Below, piece after piece: positions 1-7,949 of a stretch of DNA of 46,695 nt (the stretch's first letter is position 1; each line of letters opens with the position of its first letter). This DNA comes from Priapulus caudatus (lineage: Eukaryota), in NCBI RefSeq assembly GCF_000485595.1, contig NW_014577079.1, forward strand, positions 304,826 through 351,520. Reading direction: 5' to 3'. The position numbers were made by a program, and so were the translations under genes. Under the pieces are notes generated by a model, which saw only the letters and a list, made by a program, of their open reading frames with translations, was not told where the DNA came from and made no database searches.

Positions 1-136
1 ATGGGGAGACCATTGCCTATTAGGCTATTACCAGTAAATTATTTCTATAAACTAAGCGTTAATGTAGGGCTTGTCAATTCTATGCTTGCTTAGTTAAGCA
101 TTACTAACTCTTTTGCTTTATTGCCGTTTCTTTTAG

Positions 137-241
137 TTGTACCCACATGGGAAGATGTCAAGGTTTGTAAAGACATGGAATGTAGGAGATACAATTGAAT
201 GGAGAGGACCATTCGGAGAATTCTTATACAAGGCAAACTCG
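137..241 (+). CDS. CYB5RL: NADH-cytochrome b5 reductase-like protein, internal exon (end of FAD-binding domain)
   Basis: Not in the ORF track. Flanked by ttttag| and |gtaatg, 105 nt, phase 0/0. Translates LYPHGKMSRFVKTWNVGDTIEWRGPFGEFLYKANS, containing the G.MS and WRGPFG motifs of the CYB5R/CYB5RL family. Joins in frame to the next exon. Confidence 0.9.
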
Positions 242-1016
242 GTAATGTACGTATGTACTGTCATAGCATTGTATAGATATAAAGTTATAAAATTAATTGA
301 CACAGTTTGAATAATACTGACAAGGGTATTTTTAAATATTGCTTTTATCTCTAAAGTTTGTAGGTAGGTGGGTGTTCATGAAATTCCCAGTATTATTTTT
401 ACAGCAAAAATAATTTTTGTAAGAACATAATTTTATCGAGATGATTACGTTACCATGCTTATGAAATCTCTTAATCTCGGCCCACCCTGTAATTAGGATA
501 TGGTATTGGCAAGGTGCCAGAAACAGTTCATTAACATGTGCAAGAGCATTTGGGGTTCTCGGTGTGATAAAGGTTCTGTGTCCACTTATTGCATTAGACT
601 ATTGCAATGAATCTTCCCATAGCATTTCCTTAATTTTCTGTGAGAGAACATGTAATAATCTAGTGTAATTCTGGAATGCATTCGTAACAGATTGATGGTC
701 TAATTAATTTTAATAAGTAAAAAGTTAAAAAACATTTAATTTGAATAAATATTCCTGCAAATGTATATATATATATTGTTTACTCATGATGTATATACAC
801 GCACATACACATATATATACATACATATCTGCATAAAGTCGTATGTGTGAAATTGTTTTTCATAAACAGCTGAACTTTTGCTACCTATTCTGTTCCATCA
901 CAGAGTGGACATTTGCACCGTAGAGTTTAAGTACACGAGTGCAGTTCACGAGTATACTTACTCTATCTTCTTCGAGAGTGGCTTGCTTATGTTTGTCATG
1001 CTCTCGTCGATTCCAG

Positions 1017-1220
1017 TATAGGAGAGTCGTGATGATAGCTGGAGGGACGGGTATCACGCCGATGATGCAGGTGATTCCGCAGATCCTCGACAACGATGAA
1101 GACGAGACCTTCGTGCGACTCATCTACAGCAATCGAGACTACGACGGCGTGCTGCTGAAGTCACGGCTCGATTCGCGGAAGGACATGTGGAACTTCACGG
1201 TCTTATACGTGCTCACGAAG
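1017..1220 (+). CDS. CYB5RL: NADH-cytochrome b5 reductase-like protein, exon starting the NAD-binding domain
   Basis: Flanked by ttccag| and |gtaaga, 204 nt, phase 0/0. Translates YRRVVMIAGGTGITPMMQVIPQILDNDEDETFVRLIY...WNFTVLYVLTK. AGGTGITP is the FNR-family motif; DNxxDETFV is recalled as typical of CYB5RL. Confidence 0.93.
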
Positions 1221-1450
1221 GTAAGACTTGGCTATCTTAGTCTCCTGCTAATGCACTCGAATGAAGCTTATACGTGCTCACAAAGGCATGACATGGCTAT
1301 ATTAATGTGTTGTTAATACACTCCAATAAAGCTAATCTGTGCTCACAAAAGTAAGGGTTTGGGCTATATTAATGCATTGTTAATACACCCCAATTAGGCG
1401 TATACGAGCTCCCAAAGGCAATGTTTGGAAATATTAATTTGTAGTTAATA
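1202..1450 (+). repeat. Degenerate ~65-bp tandem repeat built from the exon/intron junction
   Basis: Units start at 1202, 1267, 1332 and 1399 (cttatacgtgctcacgaag-gtaagacttggctat..., cttatacgtgctcacaaag-gcatgacatggctat..., ctaatctgtgctcacaaaa-gtaagggtttgggctat..., cgtatacgagctcccaaag-gcaatgtttggaaat...). Confidence 0.85.
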
Positions 1451-1781
1451 TGTATGTGACAAGAGTGACTACGTATGGTTTACTTGATGACATATCATGC
1501 ATTGCCTAAAAAGTAATGTCTATAACACCAATCGATTTTACATTTCTAGCTGCTTATATGCATAAAGTGGAGTCGCACCACTTAAAATATCTATGTAGAG
1601 TAAAACCGGTATATAGTGGGTCATTCAAGGGAATCCCATAAGTGTTCTTTATAAACAGGTGTCCATTCTATAGAGGCTGTTTTACTGTATATTCACTGAG
1701 CTGACTTTCTCTTGTGACATTCAAATGTACTGTTTCAATCATTTTCAGAGTAATGAGAATTGTTTTCCTTGTTTCTTATAG

Positions 1782-1982
1782 GCAAGTCAAGATGTGTGTG
1801 CTGTAAAATATGGAGACAACATTCTTTTTGGGTGCATCAATAAAGAACTGCTTGAGAAAGAATTGAAAGTAGCTGATGGTAAACAGTTAGTGCTGATATG
1901 TGGGACAAAGTCATTCGACAGGGATGTTATTGCAATCGTGAAGGAGATGGGTCTTTCAGAAAATAGTTATTTCAGGTTTTAA
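1782..1982 (+). CDS. CYB5RL: NADH-cytochrome b5 reductase-like protein, terminal coding exon
   Basis: Acceptor tttcttatag|, phase 0. Translates ASQDVCAVKYGDNILFGCINKELL...LICGTKSFDRDV...GLSENSYFRF* with the LICG motif and C-terminal aromatic residue of FNR-family reductases. Stop at 1980-1982; an AATAAA lies at 2593-2598. The 5' exons are upstream of the window. Confidence 0.9.
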   Translation, partial: ASQDVCAVKYGDNILFGCINKELLEKELKVADGKQLVLICGTKSFDRDVIAIVKEMGLSENSYFRF

Positions 1983-3334
1983 TATGCATTTTGTACCCCG
2001 GTGTGGATATGGAATCTACATACACACATAGAATAGGATTACATTTGTGCATTTCCATTATATATATATATACAATGGAATATGATATATACGGAAAAAA
2101 TCTTTTAGTGATCAAAATGACATATATGGTTACTCTCAGGTTAGGCATATCTGTACTAATATGCTATAAATTTGAGTATTTTGTTACTTAGAACTGAAGA
2201 TCTAGGCTGTGGGTGTTGACAATTTTAAATGCACTACATACTAGTAAGCTGTATTGACACATACTCATTTGTTTCGTAACAACATATTACATAGATCTGT
2301 ACAGATCTTGGGAAAAATTGATTTAAATGAAATGCAAAATAATTGATGTGAATTGTGAAAATATAAAGTTTATTTTAGCAAAAGTAAACGTCAATGGTAT
2401 CGTAGGATGGTTTCCTTGTAAAGGTGACCCGTGCTAGCATTTACTTGAGCATTCTTTCTTAATATACGACATTCTGACTTGCAATAGTGTGTTATTTTAA
2501 AACTTAAATAATTAATGCATACTTATATGTGAAATTATCTTAAAATATTGAATGTTGAATTGAATACATGAAGTTTGAATATTGATTACAGCAATAAAAA
2601 ACACGTTGGCATTACAGTAAAATACTCTATATGTTTTAACAAGTATTGCCAAATATGTAACAGCAGAGATCCATACATATTCACTAGTTGGCACACCTTG
2701 CCTGATTCCATGCCTACATCTAACCATAGATATATACAAACATTTGTTGTGTTTGTATGATCTAACCTCGGCTGTATAACGCAGGTTACCATTACTGGTA
2801 AGCGACCAGTGCAATTCATGGAAAACTACCAACGCAAGGCCCGAAAAGCAACGGTGCAAACTCAGAGCAACTTAAGGTAAATTATGTTTTCTGATTTGCA
2901 GCGATTTTCTGAAAAAAACTTGCACAGTTAAAGACCAAGCTGATAAATCATCATTGTAGTTTCTTTTTGGTGATGCAATCATGAAATCACAGGATGGGCA
3001 TGGCTTAGAGGCATATCAACCTACATATGATACAACCAGGGAAATGAAAGAATTCATATATACAATGCGGTAATTCAATGGAATTGCATGCACCTGCATT
3101 CCATCAAATGACCACATATATTACTATCCATTTTCAATGGATATTTGATTTGATTTACAGTCACAATACATATAAACTTGCAATAGTTGAGAAAATATTA
3201 AACAAATACATAAGAAACATGAATTAGTGAAACAATGTAAACAATTATTTACCCATTAAATAAGTTCATTCGGTTGGTAGACTAATAGATCTAACTGTGT
3301 TAATTGTTACTCAACCGTGAAGATTGGAAACGTA

Positions 3335-3377
3335 CAGCTTACGTTTCGTCTCCTGCCAGGAGGCTTTCTCAAAGCTA
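3335..3377 (-). ncRNA. Second (antisense) copy of the PLE hammerhead motif
   Basis: Reverse complement of 3622-3664 inside the left inverted arm, with one substitution in stem II (aggagac instead of aggaggc). Confidence 0.65.
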
Positions 3378-3621
3378 ACGGATGATTATCAGTTTTGACC
3401 ACCAGATGGTGTGGTGGTCAATAGCTTAGTCCACACGTGACTGAGCCTATATCCCCTCTCGTCACGGTTGATGAGCGATATCAAAATCAGACGATGGATT
3501 AAGGAGGCCATCTGGATCCGCAGGACCCCGAACATCAACAGTGACGAGGGGGGACGTGTCACGTGTGGACTAAGCTATTGACCACCACACCATCTGGTGG
3601 TCAAAACTGATAATCATCAGT

Positions 3622-3664
3622 TAGCTTTGAGAAAGCCTCCTGGCAGGAGGCGAAACGTAAGCTG
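3622..3664 (+). ncRNA. Minimal type I hammerhead ribozyme motif, U3-A8 core variant
   Basis: tagct (stem I) - TTGAGAA - a - gcctcct/ggc/aggaggc (7-bp stem II) - GAAA - cgTA (palindromic ACGU stem III, GUA cleavage triplet) - agctg (stem I). It lies just after the PLE stop codon, where PLE hammerheads are known to occur. Confidence 0.75.
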
Positions 3665-3950
3665 TACGTTTCCAATCTTCACGGTTGAGTAACAATTATT
3701 TACTATTTCGCAGGCTACCAAATAAATATTAGCATTACTAACAATTCCAGAGTTACACTTAATCGGGAAAAAAGTGAATTTTTTAAAGGAATGATAATGT
3801 TATATACTAACTATAATTTTAACTGGATAATGGAACTGGAATTTTAACTGGAATATACTAACTTTAGCTTTAATGTATTATGGAAACATCAGGAGTTTAT
3901 AAAGGAACGTTATAAAAACAAATTATTTATAATGACTCCTGAAGATATTG

Positions 3951-4816
3951 AACAAGAGCCGCAGAGCGTCTGGGCTCATCTGAGGTCTGTTACTACGGTT
4001 ATAAACGTAACATTTAAGTTGTGCGTAGTGACACCTTTGTTAGGCGCAGATATGCAGGTACGCAGTTGCGTACACATCATTTCAGCATTTCATCACATCA
4101 TTTCACCTTCTGCATTCTGCATACCTCCCAAATCCCGTTGGTTAATACAAATCGCGTGCCTGAAACTTTATGTTTTATGGTGCTTTGTGACCCTAACCCT
4201 ATTAAAAAAAATTAATTAATTGTTGTAAAAATTATTTGTTGTTATTAAATTGTTGTAAATAAATCATGTAAATATTTGCGTTAATTGGAAAAAAATAGTT
4301 AAATGGATAAAGATAGAAAAATACAGAAAACAGGCAAATAATAAAAAATCAGATGGGATTCGATCCAACGACCTTTGAGCCGTGACGCCTGTGCTGTACG
4401 CGTTCGGCTATCCAGGCTTATTGGGTTTTTAGATTATGGATGTGCCATGAATGATAAAAATGGTAGGTCAGTGCTGAAACAAAAAAAGTTTTTCACTCTG
4501 TCCATTAGGCCATGTCCTCAGAAAATGTCTGATATCTGACCTTTCCCCCACTGCCCTTTGACCTGTGACCTCCAATTTCGCACTGGTGATAGGTTTCCTG
4601 CACATCACACTATACACCAAATATTAAGAGCATAGGTCGAGCCATTAAGATTTGTGCCGCAATTCCGTATTTCCTCCTATACCTTAAGTTAAGGGGGAAA
4701 TATTCCCCCTCCGTTTACACATCTTGACCTTTGACCCTTAACACCCCAAATTTGTCATCCCGAGTCTTTTTTCTAACCCTTTTCACGATCCCCCCCCCAC
4801 CGACGTCCCGAATATA
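3951..4816 (+). mobile_element. Non-autonomous Helentron/HINE-like element, copy A (cut by N gap)
   Basis: Starts aacaagagcc... with a hairpin (gagcc-g-caga/tctg-ggctc, 3956-3977) overlapping a subterminal motif gctcatctga that recurs at the other element end (5668). The body has tgacctttgacc motifs. 4105-4366 is repeated at 4847-5114, and 4419-4815 is repeated inverted at 5777-6160. Family assignment is from recalled DINE-1/HINE architecture, not from a search. Confidence 0.65.
4343..4417 (-). pseudogene. tRNA-derived (Pol III A-box/B-box) segment inside the HINE-like element
   Basis: Minus strand reads GCCTGGA-TAGCCGAACGCGTACAGCA-CAGGCGTCACGGCTCAAAGGTCGTT-GGATCGAATCCC-ATCTGA-TTTTTT. It has tRNA-like spacing of an A box and B box followed by a T6 run. 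The acceptor stem does not pair, so it is not a functional tRNA. Confidence 0.5.
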
Positions 4817-4846
4817 NNNNNNNNNNNNNNNNNNNNNNNNNCAGCA

Positions 4847-5164
4847 ACCTTCTGCATTCTGCATACTCCCAAATCCCATTGGTTCATACAAATCGCGTGC
4901 CTGAAACGCCTGTTTTATGGTACATTGTGACCTTAACCTAACCCTACTTAAAAAAAAAAAAAATTAATTGTTGTAAAAATTATTTGTTGTTATTAAATTG
5001 TTGAAAATAAATCATGTAAATATTTGCGTTAATTGGAAAAAAATAGTTAAATGGATAAAGATGGAAAAATACAGAAAACAGGTAAATATTAAAAAATCAG
5101 ATGGGATTCGATCCCCTGGATAGCCGAACGCGTACAGCACAGGCGTCACGGCTCAAAGGTCGTT
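4847..5164 (+). mobile_element. HINE-like element copy B, 5' part (last 50 bp inverted)
   Basis: 4847-5114 is a direct repeat of 4105-4366. 5115-5164 is the reverse complement of 4367-4416. Confidence 0.75.
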
Positions 5165-5660
5165 CGAGCGACAGACAGCCAGCGAGCGACAGACAGCCAG
5201 CGAGCGACAGACAATTAATGAGCGACAGACAGCTAGCTAACGTAGCCGTGTCAACAAGCACACAGACGTAGCGCCACCAAACACGTGGGACACTTTGGCT
5301 ATCTACCATTGGCACTAGCCCTCACCTTCATATTTTTTTATGCGAGCAAGTGTGTACGTAGTGATATGAGACAGCGAATACACAACCTATAGTTTAACTC
5401 AGGTGTTCCAATGTGTAGGTAAATTCCTGCTCGTACATTTTATATTCGTCGGGTGATACTTGATATTTGCAATCCCGTTCTATGTAGTCAGGTTGTGTGA
5501 TCCCTTGGCTGTATAGCTTCAATGCTTACAGTAATTTTGGCTCCTGTTAAAGACTATCAGGAATGTTCCCAAAGCAGTATTGTAGACAATGGCAATAGCA
5601 TGAATAGAGTGATGGAAATAGTCAGTCATAGATAGTCTTATAATTAAAACGATCCCAACA

Positions 5661-6160
5661 ATTATTAGCTCATCTGACGTAGTCAGATGCAGCTTGTAGA
5701 ATCGCATGATCGTGCGTCCGTCCGTCCGTCCGTCAACAGGTGGGCACAAATCTTAACCGCTCGACGTACGGTCACGATATTCAGGACGTCGGGGGGGGGG
5801 GATCGTGAAAAGGACTCAGAATGACAAATTTGGGGGGTTAAGGGTCAAAGGTCAAGATATGTAAACGGAGGGGGAATATTTCCCCCTTAACTTAAGGTAT
5901 AGGAGGAAATACGGAATTGCGGCACAAATCTTAATGGCTCGACCTATGCTCTTAATATTTGGTGTATAGTGTGATGTGCAGGAAACCTATCACCAGTGCG
6001 AAATTGGAGGTCACAGGTCAAAGGGCAGTGGGGGAAAGGTCAGATATCAGACATTTTCTGAGGACATGGCCTAATGGACAGAGTGAAAAACTTTTTTTGT
6101 TTCAGCACTGACCTACCATTTTTATCATTCATGGCACATCCATAATCTAAAGACCCAATA
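5661..6160 (-). mobile_element. HINE-like element copy B, 3' part (inverted) including the element terminus
   Basis: 5777-6160 is the reverse complement of 4419-4815. The terminus has attatt-agctcatctgac/gta/gtcagatgcagct (palindrome 5667-5694) followed by a (GTCC)n microsatellite at 5715-5734, the layout known from DINE-1/HINE elements. Confidence 0.72.
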
Positions 6161-6725
6161 CGTTAGCTGTCTGTCGCTCGTTAGCTGTCTGGCGATCGTT
6201 AAATGTCTGTTGCTTGTTAATTTCCTGTCGCTCGCTGGCTGTCTGTCGCTCGTTAGCTGTCCGTCTCTTGTTAATTGTCTGTCGCTCGTTAGCTGTCTGG
6301 TGCTCGCTGGCTAGCCGCGTCACGGTTCCCTCGAGCTCGACGATTCTCGATCTCAGCTGTGAGTTTTCGCTCGACAGCTGCTTCACCAGATACTCGACGT
6401 ACTCCGTGTGGATTCGCTTCTTCACGCGCGACTTGCGCGCCGCCTCGTTGTTCCGATTCCTCTTCAGCCGGTACTGCTCATCGTCGTCGCTGTCCGCCGC
6501 GCCGTGTGGCGCCCTCTTCATCGTGCACGCCGACGGTTGGATGCGGCATTCGGGGAGACGGAATGGCAGCATCGTGATGCCGGAGCTTAGATACGGGCCG
6601 CCGAACATGGGAGTCGTCCCGGGAACCATCCGGACGGCGGTGCAATCGGGAAGCAGCTCCTCCCGTTTTAAATACGTTACCGCGGACGTCGCGACACTGT
6701 CGGTCTCCATTTTTTGGCTGGGCAT
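6147..6725 (-). CDS. bZIP transcription factor, C/EBP-like, with a C-terminal hexapeptide repeat tail
   Basis: GC-rich 192-aa ORF. Basic region DDEQYRLKRNRNNEAARKSRVKKR has the invariant N-x7-R. Zipper VKQLSSENSQLRSRIVELEGTVTRL has heptad leucines and the C/EBP/PAR-type LxxENxxL. The tail is (A/I)(N/S)ERQT repeats. A good acceptor (ctttctcttctcac...ttacag|) at 6775 with an open frame down to the ATG suggests an upstream exon. Confidence 0.85.
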   Translation of the reverse strand: MPSQKMETDSVATSAVTYLKREELLPDCTAVRMVPGTTPMFGGPYLSSGITMLPFRLPECRIQPSACTMKRAPHGAADSDDDEQYRLKRNRNNEAARKSRVKKRIHTEYVEYLVKQLSSENSQLRSRIVELEGTVTRLASEHQTANERQTINKRRTANERQTASERQEINKQQTFNDRQTANERQTANVLGL

Positions 6726-7083
6726 TTCAAGTTCGGGTCGAGTAGTGTTCGTACAGGGCCACGTTCCTACCGGTCTGTAATATAAATTGTGTAGCGGTGA
6801 GAAGAGAAAGCATTTCGATCTGATTATTTCTATAGCCCATCATTATGGACTGGCAAATCTGAAAGAGACCCATGCATGTGTATCTGTGATTTACATCGTG
6901 TACCATGTTCTATCACTGTTCAATATTGCTAATATATATATCGAAATGATGCACACACACATACATACATACAACCCTCATTGCAGGATTATGTGGAGTT
7001 TTGCATGCCATCATACATACTATTACTCAGACACGTGCTCTGCAGCATGCTTATAGCGTCAGATTATATGAAGGTCGGATTAA

Positions 7084-7766
7084 AGCAGGCAGTACACTTC
7101 ACCATTTTCGTTGCTCATACAGGCAATTTTCGTGGTCGCCACAAAGATGGCCAAGTGTGCGGGGGCCGGCAACGACCACTCACCACGGAAATTTAGTGGT
7201 GACCACGAGTTGCCGAGAATCAAACCGGTTTGATTTCTCACCACGAAAATTGTTCGTGGTGGCAACTTGTGGTGAAGTGTGCGCCAAGCCACCACGGCAG
7301 TCGGCAACAAAATCACTCGCAGACCAATCAAAATTAGCGCTGCCGTCACATGATTTAAAAATGGCGGGCCCAATTTTATCGACTTGGACCACCGAGTTAG
7401 AAGCAGAATTAATAGATTTATGGAGTGAGAGGCCTTGTCTTTTTGACATCAAAGCTCCCGAATACAGCAACAGAGTACTCAAGGCGATGGCCATAAGTGA
7501 AGTGTCCCAACTTCACAAATCTATCTATCTATACATCTATCTATCTATACATACATCTATCTGGACATAAATCTATACAAATATAGGGCCCCTAGGCCTA
7601 AGTAACAGAAATGTTGATAAAATTTATATATTTTATTTATTTGATAACTGTATATGAATGGGTTAAAGCTACAACATCTGGCAACAAACATTGCCGTCAA
7701 CAGCACATTGCCGACCACGAAAATCGCCTGTACAAGCAACGAAAATGGTGAAGTGTGCTGCCTGCT
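7084..7766 (+). mobile_element. Non-autonomous PIF/Harbinger DNA transposon (683 bp)
   Basis: 55-bp imperfect TIRs at 7084-7138 (agcaggcagtacacttcaccattttcgttgct...) and 7712-7766. TAA flanks both sides (7081-7083, 7767-7769), the 3-bp TWA TSD diagnostic of PIF/Harbinger. Contains an internal MADF fragment. Confidence 0.9.
7361..7513 (+). pseudogene. Truncated MADF (Myb/SANT-like) domain of the Harbinger DNA-binding ORF
   Basis: MAGPILSTWTTELEAELIDLWSERPCLFDIKAPEYSNRVLKAMAISEVSQL fits the MADF pattern W...LI..w..rPcL.D....Y.nr..k..A..eI. The frame then runs into a (TCTA)n microsatellite. Confidence 0.8.
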
Positions 7767-7949
7767 TAAACTAGTGCGGGGCCTAGGCCTATAGTATAGC
7801 ATACCATATAAAAGGCCCTAAATTAGAAAACATAAATATTAAAACACAAATTTAATCTAATCTAAATCTAATACATTTGTAATAGCATTAATTATTGTAT
7901 CATGTTTGCGTGTATGCTAAAATAAATGTTTTACTATTAGTTCATGATT

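Larger units (their letters stand above)
3301..3698 (+). mobile_element. 5'-truncated Penelope-like element remnant with an inverted copy of its 3' end (foldback)
   Basis: 3301-3441 and 3558-3698 are near-perfect 141-bp inverted repeats, and pairing continues inward (3452-3473 with 3533-3554). The spacer reads KIRRWIKEAIWIRRTPNINSDEGG on +. The left arm reads INRDERGYRLSHVWTKLL...* on -. This is the EAIxIR...NRDEGxYxLSH C-terminus of PLE GIY-YIG endonucleases, the same motif seen in the element at 30.0 kb. Confidence 0.88.

Noticed and set aside
939..1316. 125-aa ORF as a complete single-exon gene
   Set aside because: Only 1017-1220 has reductase motifs and is bounded by AG/GT. The rest is intron read-through.
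4343..4417. Functional tRNA gene
   Set aside because: The acceptor and anticodon stems do not pair; it is kept only as a tRNA-derived segment.
5661..6725. bZIP gene captured inside the Helentron-like element
   Set aside because: Undoing the inversions places the bZIP outside the element, about 420 bp beyond its terminus. The present adjacency is a breakpoint, not a capture.
6214..6780. 188-aa plus-strand ORF
   Set aside because: It is the antisense shadow of the GC-rich bZIP ORF and has no recognisable motif.
7001..7570. 189-aa ORF as a host MADF transcription factor
   Set aside because: It crosses the Harbinger TIR. Only about 50 aa are MADF-like, the domain is incomplete and it ends in a microsatellite.
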